A stretch of 64,000 nucleotides of DNA from a virus: the IMG/VR virus record IMGVR_UViG_3300017917_002644, positions 1 through 64,000 of that record, one strand, 5' to 3'. Below are positions 9,099 through 18,273 of this stretch, one piece after another. Position numbers and translations under genes: made by a program. The notes beneath the pieces are model-generated. The model was not told where the DNA came from, made no database searches, and was given only the letters and a program-made list of their open reading frames with translations. Position 1 is the first letter of the stretch. Each line of letters starts with the position of its first letter.

Positions 9099-9103
9099 AA
9101 TTT

Positions 9104-9772
9104 TTACTTTTTAATAAGTTCTGGATGATTTAATTCAAGTAACTTTTCTTCTAATGCCGCTTTCCTTTCCAATAGGGCTTCTATTGCATCGTATGCACCA
9201 TCAATATCGTTTTTTAAATTTTGTTTTACTTCTTCTATATCTACTTCCCATGTCCAATTTTGTAAAGAACCATCTTCATTTACAATTTGGAATTGAGATG
9301 TTACACCTTCTAATGCTTCTTCAAATCTTTGTTTTAACTCCCTTACATATGCAAGTTTGTTTCTTGTTATTTTGTAATCTTCGTAATAAGGATATGTTCC
9401 ATCTGCTTTTAAGTTTGTTTCATACTTTGCTAAACAAGTTGCACAATATCCTGTTTTACGAATTAGTTTCTTATCCGCATTACTATATTGTATAGTTTCA
9501 CAATCCTCACCTGAACAATTGCTCATTTGGTCAAGAAATTTCCTAACCTCATCCATTTTGGTTACGGATATTTTGTATCCATCTTTTTGTTCCCATTGGT
9601 GACCATCTTTATCTGTCCAAATCTCACCAATCTCTCTATCTTTTTCTACCTCCCCATCATATCCATGCACTCTTTGAGTATTATCTTCTCTACCAAAAAC
9701 CGTATCAATTATCTTTTTACGGGTTGGGTGAATGTAATTGTTTTTTTCTTCGAAACTTTTTCTTTTTGCCAT
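9104..9772 (-). CDS. Hypothetical protein with a putative Zn-binding motif
   Basis: CSGEDC...CATC; C-terminal coiled coil. Confidence 0.55.
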   Translation of the reverse strand: MAKRKSFEEKNNYIHPTRKKIIDTVFGREDNTQRVHGYDGEVEKDREIGEIWTDKDGHQWEQKDGYKISVTKMDEVRKFLDQMSNCSGEDCETIQYSNADKKLIRKTGYCATCLAKYETNLKADGTYPYYEDYKITRNKLAYVRELKQRFEEALEGVTSQFQIVNEDGSLQNWTWEVDIEEVKQNLKNDIDGAYDAIEALLERKAALEEKLLELNHPELIKK

Positions 9773-9808
9773 ATTTGTAACTGTTTATATATGTATATAT
9801 ATTATATT

Positions 9809-12800
9809 TTAATAAAAAAGACCCAATATTTGATTTAGTGGTGCAAAGGTACCTGTAAGTTTATAAGTGTTTCCTTTATAAACAAATACAATACCTTCAT
9901 TTGGAACTATCCTATCTTTACCACCTAAACTATTTAATCTTTCTAATTCTTGTTTTAATTTTGCAATTAAAGATTTATCACCACTTTGCCTAACTCTTTC
10001 TGCGGTTGATTTTAATCTATCTTTCATTGAACGAATTGCAGCATTAGGATTTGCTGTAAGAACTGAACTCATAAAGGATAATACATCTGCTCCAACTCCT
10101 AAAAATATTTCCTCAAAAGGTTTAATATTTGTTTTTTGTTGTTTCATTACATCAACTTTATCGGTTTCAATTGCCCACTTTTTAATATCCTCATCACTTA
10201 TACTTGCTAATCTAAAAGATTTCTCACCAAATGCCCATCTTCTTACCAATGCTTCTTTTGTAAGTTTATCTACTACCTTTGGAGATTTTTTATCTACAAA
10301 ATCTTCCCACCATTTTTGATGATATAATGCAACTGTATCTCCATCACTCAAACGAAATTCATTTTGTAATTTTGATAATTTAGATAAGTATTTGCTCTGT
10401 TTAGAACCCAATTCTTCATTCTTTGGTAATTCGGTTACAGGAGGTCCTTGTATTGTGTATTTAGATTGAACATCTGCATTTACCTGCTTTATCATTCCTG
10501 CTAATACTCTTGCTGCTGATTGGTCAGAACCTACTGCATTTCCTTTTTCATCATAACAAGTTGTATTGTGAAATACTAATAGTGCTTGTCCATAAGGAAT
10601 AACGTTTACAGATGTTGGCCAGATAACCTCCAAATTCATAAAACATTGTCCTTCGTTGAATATTTTTTGTCTTTGTTTTTCTGAAAGTGATTGGATTGCT
10701 GCCGATAGGTCTTTCATTGCAAAATTGTATGCATCGGTTAAACCACCTCTACCCCCAAACTTTGATGCAACACCTTCAATTCCCATTGCGTTTGCTCCCG
10801 CATTTGCAAGGTGTCCTTTGTTTCTTGCCGCAATCAATCTACCATTTTTCCAACTGATTGCCAATGCCTGTCCATCTGTTTTTTCTCTTGTCAATTCCAA
10901 CTCACCATTTAATGCTCCTGTGATAATGTTTTTCAGGTCACCAAATGTTAAATCCATATCATCAAATGGGTGTGCCATATGTCCATATGCACCACCTTCG
11001 TTTAATATTCCTTCTTTAAGACTTCTTTTTTGTAGAACTAATTTGTTTATGTCTGAAAATAAATCAGCAATTTCTTTATCCAATTTCTTTTCATCCGCAC
11101 TCATTGGTGATTCTATATCCACATTGGAGTATAGTTTTTTCTTTTTTGCCACCAATACATCTACCCTTTTAAGTAAATCGTTTTTTACTTTATCTAAATC
11201 TTTTATAATTTCTTCTTTAGATGTTTCGTTTAAGTTTTTATTTGCAGGTTGATTATCATATCCACAAACGTGACAGATATACATCGCGTTTCCACCTTCT
11301 GCTTTATACCATTCATGTCCACAATTATCACAAATTATCATCCCACCCTCATCTGCTGAATTGGATTTTACTTCTGCTTCGTTAAATGCAGATGGAACTT
11401 TTATTTTTGTCCAACCTCCCCAACGAAATATTCTTGATGGTATTGGTAAGGTAGAACCAATTGGTAATTTATGTTGATATTTTTTATCTATACCAACTAC
11501 TTTGGTAACATAGTTTCTGTTTTTATTATCTGCACCAATCAATTCAACTTCAACCTCAACTTCGTTTCCACCGATTTTCATTTTACCCTTAAAGAAACCT
11601 TTGTTAATTTCTTCAATTTTTCTAAATGTAGTTGCTTGTTTTCCGTTGATTGTTGGCATCCCATGCTGGTCTTTACCAATATCTTTTACGGTAGTTTTTT
11701 TGTTCTTAAACTTACCCATAAGGATTTCATCACCCCTATCTATATCCAAAGTAATATCCTCTTTGTTTATTTCAATTGCTGCTAACTGTCTTTTTGCAGA
11801 TGCTAACGATGAATGTGTTCCTAATCTCTTACCACCATTTTTTGGATAAACTACATAATCATCACCAACTTTTTTAATAGTTTCTGTGTAGATTTGTTTG
11901 TTTAATTTTCCGTAATCTCTTAAAAGAATACCTGCTAATGCATTTGCCTGATTTTCAACAGGTGAACCAGTCTTACCCGCTTCTTCCTCATTTCTAATTA
12001 ACTTCATCTCATCCTGCTTTCTGTGAACCATTTCGTGTGCAATAGTTCTTAGGATATCTGCCGTTAATCTTCCACTCGTTACTACAAAAATCTCTTTAGT
12101 TAGTGGAGAATATCCACCCAACGATGGTTGTTCTCTATCTAACTCATTATCCTTTAATAAAACTACTTTTGGTTTTTCGTTTAGTTTTAATCTTTTTGTA
12201 GCGTATTCTATAAAGTGTTGTATATTTTGTGCTTTTGACGGAGAAAGGTTTTCATTTAGAGAACCAAATAGAGAACTCAATTCTCCTTTATCTTTTTCTT
12301 TTTTGTAATCAACAACTGCTTTTTTCAATTGTTCATCACTCAACTCATAGGTTTCCATTTTTTCGGCAACCTTTTTAAGAACATTATTTACAAAATCAGT
12401 TCCACCCGCAATCTCCAATAATCCCATAGATGCAGTTGCCAAACCTGCCCCACCAATCGCAGCCTGTTTAGCTCCCAATCCTAATGTTTCTAATGTTGCG
12501 TGTTTTGCTATATCTTTTGCAAGGTGTGCACTGAACCCACCAACTCCATGTGTAAATACACCTGCTGCACCACTACCTGCTGCCGCAAATGTTCCACCCA
12601 AACTCGCACCCGCATTTACTGCTTTAATAGCAGCTGCTCCCGCACCACCCAATGCCATAGAACCCATTATTAATGCAGTATCAACAGCAAAATGTTTTAA
12701 ATGATGTATTTGTTCTTTTCTTTTTTCTTCTGAATATTCCCACTTACCCGTTTCTTTGTTTTTAGTAGAACCGATTTTTTGTCCGTTTGCTAATGCCCAA

Positions 12801-14293
12801 ACCGCTTCACCGGAACCTTTAACCATTTCCTTTTTATTATCTGCCCACTGTTTAATACCTTTACCGAATTTTTCTAATCCGGATTTGATATTATCCACCA
12901 TTCCTTTTCTTGCTTTTGAACCTGGTTTGTGTTCTCCGTTTGATATAAATTCTCTATCTTCTTTATCTAATGTTTTTACAACATTCATCAAACTTTCTTT
13001 TGCCTTTTCTTTTTCTTTTGCATGTTCTGCTGATGATTTTAACTCCGCACCTTTTAGGGTTTGTGGTTGGGGTTGTCCTTCTCCACCTTTATCACTACCA
13101 CCATCTTTTGGAGTTTTATCAACTTTACCTTGTTGAGTTTGTCCTTTTTGCACAGGTTGTCCCTTTTGTGGTGGTTCAGGTTTCTTTTCAGGTGCAGGTT
13201 TTATTGGTTGTGCAACATTTTGTGTAAGTTTCTTTGCCTGAATATGTGCCTCGTGGTCAGCAGGTAATCTCAATGCACCTCTTACAGTGATTTTCTTTTT
13301 TTGACCATCTTTTGCAGTATATGTAAGTTCCTTATCGTAAATAGGATTCTGTGGTGCATTTTCCGGTTGTTCGTTTAAGTAATTTGCTATAAAATGATTA
13401 AAATCATTTTCCGTAATTGCATTTGCTATAATTTCCGCAATTGGGTCATACGGTGCCATATTACCATCAAATGCATCTTCTTCTTCTGCAGGGTGTTCTA
13501 TTTGATGACGGGTTGGGTGTGGTTCTGGTCTCAATTTTGATGGTGGGTTTGTATTTACACTTTCGTTTGCCGAACCAGTTGGTGCACCATTGATATATCC
13601 ACCAGGTAGAACTAACCCAGTTCCAATTCCACCAGGAAATCCTTCTGTGTTTAAGTCCTCATCATCAATTACATTTATCTTATCAAAACTTCCTGCCATT
13701 CCTGTTGGAAAACCTGTTCCGGCTTCGTTTAATTTATTTTTAATCATTTGGTAAATTTCATCATCAAACTTTGGATATATTTTCTTAAAGAAATCTTTCG
13801 CTTTCTTTTCATCCGCACCCTTAAAGTTTGTTCTAACATCTGTTCCACTTATTGGGTTAGGTTCTGCAGGAACTGCGTAAACATATCCAATCTCATCATA
13901 TCCATACCCAGCTTTACCTTTATATGGTTTAAAGTATTTACCGGTCAATCTACTCGCATCTTTTTCACCAACGGCTGCTACATATTGTGTAGTTTTACCA
14001 TCGTATTTATCCAATATTTCTTTTGGTGCGTATGGATTTTTGATTTGAACAAATTTATCAGCAGGAACTCCAAATATTTTTGTTGCTATTTTTTTCTTTT
14101 CTTCGAAATTAAATGGTGATTTTCCACCATCGGTAACATTGGATGTTCCAATATAAACATTATCTCTACCAAATTTGGAAACCAATTTTTGATATGAAAT
14201 AAAATGCCCCTTATGAAAAGGTTGAAAACGACCTGAATATACTACAATCGTTTTTTTAACTTCCGGCTTATCTACTTCTAATTTTAATTTCAT
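9809..14293 (-). CDS. 1494-aa multidomain polyprotein: HxGH nucleotidyltransferase, Gly/Ala hydrophobic region, HEXXH zincin, Zn ribbon, KxDG ligase-like domain
   Basis: GRFQPFHKGH; IAHEMVHRKQ; CDNC..CHVC; EGGAYGHMAHP, EKTDG, EGIV, YKLTG; domain boundaries fall at LNE/LLE/FNE. Confidence 0.75.
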   Translation of the reverse strand: MKLKLEVDKPEVKKTIVVYSGRFQPFHKGHFISYQKLVSKFGRDNVYIGTSNVTDGGKSPFNFEEKKKIATKIFGVPADKFVQIKNPYAPKEILDKYDGKTTQYVAAVGEKDASRLTGKYFKPYKGKAGYGYDEIGYVYAVPAEPNPISGTDVRTNFKGADEKKAKDFFKKIYPKFDDEIYQMIKNKLNEAGTGFPTGMAGSFDKINVIDDEDLNTEGFPGGIGTGLVLPGGYINGAPTGSANESVNTNPPSKLRPEPHPTRHQIEHPAEEEDAFDGNMAPYDPIAEIIANAITENDFNHFIANYLNEQPENAPQNPIYDKELTYTAKDGQKKKITVRGALRLPADHEAHIQAKKLTQNVAQPIKPAPEKKPEPPQKGQPVQKGQTQQGKVDKTPKDGGSDKGGEGQPQPQTLKGAELKSSAEHAKEKEKAKESLMNVVKTLDKEDREFISNGEHKPGSKARKGMVDNIKSGLEKFGKGIKQWADNKKEMVKGSGEAVWALANGQKIGSTKNKETGKWEYSEEKRKEQIHHLKHFAVDTALIMGSMALGGAGAAAIKAVNAGASLGGTFAAAGSGAAGVFTHGVGGFSAHLAKDIAKHATLETLGLGAKQAAIGGAGLATASMGLLEIAGGTDFVNNVLKKVAEKMETYELSDEQLKKAVVDYKKEKDKGELSSLFGSLNENLSPSKAQNIQHFIEYATKRLKLNEKPKVVLLKDNELDREQPSLGGYSPLTKEIFVVTSGRLTADILRTIAHEMVHRKQDEMKLIRNEEEAGKTGSPVENQANALAGILLRDYGKLNKQIYTETIKKVGDDYVVYPKNGGKRLGTHSSLASAKRQLAAIEINKEDITLDIDRGDEILMGKFKNKKTTVKDIGKDQHGMPTINGKQATTFRKIEEINKGFFKGKMKIGGNEVEVEVELIGADNKNRNYVTKVVGIDKKYQHKLPIGSTLPIPSRIFRWGGWTKIKVPSAFNEAEVKSNSADEGGMIICDNCGHEWYKAEGGNAMYICHVCGYDNQPANKNLNETSKEEIIKDLDKVKNDLLKRVDVLVAKKKKLYSNVDIESPMSADEKKLDKEIADLFSDINKLVLQKRSLKEGILNEGGAYGHMAHPFDDMDLTFGDLKNIITGALNGELELTREKTDGQALAISWKNGRLIAARNKGHLANAGANAMGIEGVASKFGGRGGLTDAYNFAMKDLSAAIQSLSEKQRQKIFNEGQCFMNLEVIWPTSVNVIPYGQALLVFHNTTCYDEKGNAVGSDQSAARVLAGMIKQVNADVQSKYTIQGPPVTELPKNEELGSKQSKYLSKLSKLQNEFRLSDGDTVALYHQKWWEDFVDKKSPKVVDKLTKEALVRRWAFGEKSFRLASISDEDIKKWAIETDKVDVMKQQKTNIKPFEEIFLGVGADVLSFMSSVLTANPNAAIRSMKDRLKSTAERVRQSGDKSLIAKLKQELERLNSLGGKDRIVPNEGIVFVYKGNTYKLTGTFAPLNQILGLFY

Positions 14294-14296
14294 AAG

Positions 14297-14305
14297 TATA
14301 AATAT
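14297..14305 (-). promoter_or_regulatory. Putative late promoter ATATTTATA
   Basis: 3 nt upstream of the polyprotein ATG (14293). Confidence 0.55.
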
Positions 14306-14319
14306 CTTATTTTGTAAGA

Positions 14320-14445
14320 TTAGAAACTTTTATAGATAAATGGGTCTCTTTTTTTAAGTTCTTCTAATTTTTTCTTAAATCTTTTTTTTCTTTTATGTTC
14401 TTCCCAAATTTTTACAAAGAAAGAAATTACTGGCCAATTTTTCAT
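14320..14445 (-). CDS. Small basic protein, 41 aa (below the track cutoff)
   Basis: MKNWPVISFFVKIWEEHKRKKRFKKKLEELKKRDPFIYKSF; ATGA overlap with the upstream gene; the ...KRDPFIY ending recalls small ORFs of T4-like aquatic phages. Confidence 0.65.
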   Translation of the reverse strand: MKNWPVISFFVKIWEEHKRKKRFKKKLEELKKRDPFIYKSF

Positions 14446-14807
14446 AATTGTTTTAGTTTAATTTTTGCTTCTTCTAATGAAACTGCTTTATCATCTATAA
14501 GTAAATCGTAATGTAACTTACCCATAAATAATCCATGATGTTTTACTCCCCACTTTTCTAAACATTCTAATGTTAAAGGATATAATTCATCATATATCCT
14601 ATTTACATCTCCGTTTAGAGTTTTCATACCTCTTGCTGTATAAATATAAATAGTATGTCCTTTATCATACATTTTATTACACAAATCTATCATTTCTAAA
14701 ATAGGTTGACATTGGTGATACTTATCAATTCCCAAATCTTCTATTCCTTCTGGTCTAAAACATAGGGTATCATCTAAATCAAAAACTAATATTTTTTTAT
14801 CACTCAT
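14442..14807 (-). CDS. HAD-superfamily phosphatase (capsule biosynthesis EcbF/BcbF-like)
   Basis: VFDLDDTL, YTARG, GK..YDLLIDDKA. Confidence 0.85.
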   Translation of the reverse strand: MSDKKILVFDLDDTLCFRPEGIEDLGIDKYHQCQPILEMIDLCNKMYDKGHTIYIYTARGMKTLNGDVNRIYDELYPLTLECLEKWGVKHHGLFMGKLHYDLLIDDKAVSLEEAKIKLKQL

Positions 14808-15751
14808 TGTGGTAAACTTTTTAATTTATTTTGTATTTTTTCTTTTATAATATCATCAATTTGTGGCAATTCATACATATCGTAACAGTAATGTCCACAA
14901 ACCTGTATTAGTTTTTTCTTATCTTTTTTATCAAAATCTTTACTTACCCACTTTTCCCATTTTTTAGATTTTAAACATATTTTGTAAAATTCATCAATCT
15001 GTGTATCACTCATATGTTCTAAATAAGTCAGTGTTTGTATTTGTGCAATTTCTGGTCCAATATTAATACTATCTACACCATTATTAAAACGAATTAGATA
15101 TTCTTCGTTAGTTAAGTAATCTCCGTTATGTTCTTTGGTTTTTTTTCCAAATTGTTTACAAACCGAAACCATTGATTTTAATCTTTCTAAATCAAAATTG
15201 CCAGTATTTTTCATATTTACCAAATCCAACCCTACTCCGGATTGTATTACTACATATTCTATATTATCAAATATTTGAGATGATAATTGTTTTTGTAAGA
15301 ACTGTAATATTTCAAATACTTCCAAAACTTCAAATCTAACAATTGCTTCTTCCGTTAATATTTCGTATTTTACGTTAGGGTTTAAATGATATAATAAAGT
15401 AATTGAATCGTGTGTTTGAGTTACTCCCAATACTTTTGTATCAATTATTGCTTTCCAAGGGTCAATGTGAATTATATCAAAATATTGTGTATCATTTTTG
15501 TAAGAAATATGTCCATCATCTTCGGTTTTTCCTTGATTAGGACCAGCATGGTCTCTTTCTAAGATAATTTTTTTGTTTTTCTTTTTAACGTATTTGTAAA
15601 AATTTTTAGTATCCCACCCATTGACATATCCACCATCGTAATCTATTTGTCTTCGTGTTGGTAGTAATCCAAAATTATCAGATTTTAATTCAATAACAGC
15701 ATCCACTATCTGTTTAGACATTGGACAAATATAGTATTTAGGCATCTTCAT
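14804..15751 (-). CDS. GatZ/KbaZ-like (tagatose-6-phosphate epimerase family) TIM-barrel enzyme
   Basis: RRQIDYDGGY, RDHAGP, IHIDP, VVIQSG, KEHNGDY and NIGPE parallel the GatZ motifs NQ..GGY, GDHLGP, IHLD, VQPG, EAHSTDY, KVGP. Confidence 0.7.
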   Translation of the reverse strand: MKMPKYYICPMSKQIVDAVIELKSDNFGLLPTRRQIDYDGGYVNGWDTKNFYKYVKKKNKKIILERDHAGPNQGKTEDDGHISYKNDTQYFDIIHIDPWKAIIDTKVLGVTQTHDSITLLYHLNPNVKYEILTEEAIVRFEVLEVFEILQFLQKQLSSQIFDNIEYVVIQSGVGLDLVNMKNTGNFDLERLKSMVSVCKQFGKKTKEHNGDYLTNEEYLIRFNNGVDSINIGPEIAQIQTLTYLEHMSDTQIDEFYKICLKSKKWEKWVSKDFDKKDKKKLIQVCGHYCYDMYELPQIDDIIKEKIQNKLKSLPQ

Positions 15752-16379
15752 AATCTATTTCTGTGTATAATTTGAACTGATGTATTGCTTGAAACTTAGA
15801 AACCATTCTACCATATTCCGTATGAGGTCTTAAATCAATTATTTTATTATTTTTGGATAATATCTCTATTGGAGTTGCATTTATAAATATTTCATTGTTT
15901 TTATCATCTATATTTGTAATATTTGTTCTATCAAAAATTGAGTATGATAACCCCATTCGTTTACATCCAAACTGAATTGCTTTACTAAATCCGCCGTTTC
16001 CAATAATGTTTACAGTATCGGTTATACTAATATACGAAAAAAAATCCATAATACCAACATAATCAGTATTATATCCAACTAATTTTTTATTTTTTATTAA
16101 AACGGTGTTTACTGCTCCAATTTCTTTTGCGGCAGTATCCAATTCATCTAATAAAGGTAATACCGAAATTTTATGTGGCATACTTAATGCAAATCCACTA
16201 AACCCCAAATGTTTAACTGATTGAATTGTTTGATGGATATTATCCGAATAGAATGATTTGTATATTGCATTTATACCGTATCTTTGAAATGCGTTATTGA
16301 AAAATATACATCCATTGTTTCCAGGATTTTCCGAAAAAGAACCGTATAATTTTGTATCTTTATTTATTTGTAAATTCAT
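15738..16379 (-). CDS. Shikimate dehydrogenase (AroE)-like oxidoreductase
   Basis: SMPHK, IGAVNTV, GYNTD, IGNGGFSKA, INATP. Confidence 0.8.
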   Translation of the reverse strand: MNLQINKDTKLYGSFSENPGNNGCIFFNNAFQRYGINAIYKSFYSDNIHQTIQSVKHLGFSGFALSMPHKISVLPLLDELDTAAKEIGAVNTVLIKNKKLVGYNTDYVGIMDFFSYISITDTVNIIGNGGFSKAIQFGCKRMGLSYSIFDRTNITNIDDKNNEIFINATPIEILSKNNKIIDLRPHTEYGRMVSKFQAIHQFKLYTEIDYEDA

Positions 16380-18273
16380 TTAACATTTCTGTTGATTTGA
16401 ACCATAACATTTTTGAAAATTTCTCATCATGCAATGGTGACATATTTAAGAATATTAATGCGGTTATTAGTTTAACTTTATCCAAATCGTATCCTTTTTC
16501 TACAATCCAATTTTCATAATAACTTTTAAACAATGTAAGGTTTTCTGAAATAGGGTATGTGTAATTTACAGAATAACTACCTTCTATAAAAGAAATGTTA
16601 TTTTCATCTTTCATTAAATCATAAGGTATTAGACACCCACCATACAGTTTAGCTAAATCATAATACACATCTCCACCCTCCGTATATCCACCAAATGACT
16701 CCCTCCAATCAATATATGTAAACTGTTTTATTTTATCGTTATATATTATATTATCAAATTGTAAATCACCATGAAACAATTCATAAAAAGGATTTTCATT
16801 GAATTTTGAATAATCTACTTTAGACAATAATTCTTTTATAGATGGATATTCTTTTCCTCTTATATTATGACCATTTTCATAATAATCTTTTCCATTTTTA
16901 TTAATAAATAATTCCAATCTTTCATTGGTTTTATCAATATAAAACTTTTTAATATGCTCTAATGAATTATTTTTTACAGTTGATAGGTTGTTTGATAGAT
17001 TGGATAAAAATTGTTTATATACATCCAAATTATCAATTGAATACAATGTATCACCATCACTCCAATTGTAATAAATAAAATCTTCAGTATTACCAAAGTT
17101 TGATGGAATTTGTTTTTTTAATATATTTGCTCTTTTTACTCTATTTTCTAATACAGTTTTATTAGGAACAAATTTTAAAAAATTATTATTTTCTTTATAA
17201 GTTATTTCACCATTGTATTTTTGCAGTGATAATGGTTTATCTTTAAAATATTTTTTTGCGTTTTTTAAATCATCAAAATTACCGGTATCTAACCAATTTA
17301 ATTTTTTAGATTTAAAAGTTGGATAATTTGCTGGATTAATAAACGCAGATACAACTTCTCCGTTTTGTATATTTGTTTCTAATTCTTTCCAAAAAATATC
17401 ATAATCCCAAACACCCGCTAAACCAATAAATGCCAAATTGAACCCATTTACATCTTTATTTCTGTATTCTAATATGTTATCGTTATTGTCAGTTTTTAGA
17501 GTTGAATATTTTTCAGGATAAGATGTTTCCGTTACACCTAACCAATTACCATCCAAGTGTGGGATTTTTGATGTTATTAAACAATCGCAGGTGGTTAAAT
17601 AAAACGGTCGTTGTAAATGTTCTTTACACTTTAAAGTTGAATAACCTGGACCAGAACCTTCACCATCTATGTTATCAACATCTACGAAAGTAAATTTATG
17701 ATTAGGATAGGAAATTTTACAATAATCTTTTAGGGATTGTCCTTTATATCCAGTTGCAATTATAAACTCATAATCCGTTGGGAATTTTTCAATAATATGT
17801 GAAATTATTGCACGATTGTTTATTGGTAATAGGGCTTTGTTTATTTGGGTGGTTAATGGTTCTAATCTACTTCCAAATCCTGCCGCTAATATTAATACTG
17901 CGGGAGTTTTATGTTCACCATCAATCTTACCATCGTTTCTTCCAAACTCATCATCTATTCTAAATACATCATCTACTTCGGGTGTAGAAACTTCTTGTAA
18001 GATAATATCTGTTAGAGCGATTACTCTGTGTTTTTTAGGAGGTGTTACATTAAAGTATTCACCGGCTTTCATAATTCTTTTTTCAACTACTCCTTCATCA
18101 TTTTCTAACCAAACTTCTGCTTCACCTGAAATTATGTAATTTGTTTCTTTTTTAAATTGGTGATACTGATAAGATGTTTTATAACCTGCATTAATGTATA
18201 TTCGTTTATAGCAATATTTATCATTTAATTCTAACCACTCTTCTTTCCCCCAAGGCTTTATAACTGTTTTCAT
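16360..18273 (-). CDS. Trifunctional cupin / sugar-phosphate nucleotidyltransferase / choline-kinase-like protein
   Basis: KPWG..SYQYH..HRV..EVST (M6P-isomerase-type cupin); ILAAGFGSRL..KALL (NTP transferase); HGDLQFDN, IDWR, DVYYDLAKL (APH/choline kinase). Confidence 0.85.
   Translation of the reverse strand: MKTVIKPWGKEEWLELNDKYCYKRIYINAGYKTSYQYHQFKKETNYIISGEAEVWLENDEGVVEKRIMKAGEYFNVTPPKKHRVIALTDIILQEVSTPEVDDVFRIDDEFGRNDGKIDGEHKTPAVLILAAGFGSRLEPLTTQINKALLPINNRAIISHIIEKFPTDYEFIIATGYKGQSLKDYCKISYPNHKFTFVDVDNIDGEGSGPGYSTLKCKEHLQRPFYLTTCDCLITSKIPHLDGNWLGVTETSYPEKYSTLKTDNNDNILEYRNKDVNGFNLAFIGLAGVWDYDIFWKELETNIQNGEVVSAFINPANYPTFKSKKLNWLDTGNFDDLKNAKKYFKDKPLSLQKYNGEITYKENNNFLKFVPNKTVLENRVKRANILKKQIPSNFGNTEDFIYYNWSDGDTLYSIDNLDVYKQFLSNLSNNLSTVKNNSLEHIKKFYIDKTNERLELFINKNGKDYYENGHNIRGKEYPSIKELLSKVDYSKFNENPFYELFHGDLQFDNIIYNDKIKQFTYIDWRESFGGYTEGGDVYYDLAKLYGGCLIPYDLMKDENNISFIEGSYSVNYTYPISENLTLFKSYYENWIVEKGYDLDKVKLITALIFLNMSPLHDEKFSKMLWFKSTEMLNEFTNK

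Noticed and set aside
15738-16379. aroE as an aromatic amino acid auxiliary metabolic gene
   Set aside because: No other shikimate genes are present; the protein is short and embedded in a sugar-nucleotide operon, so no gene symbol is assigned.
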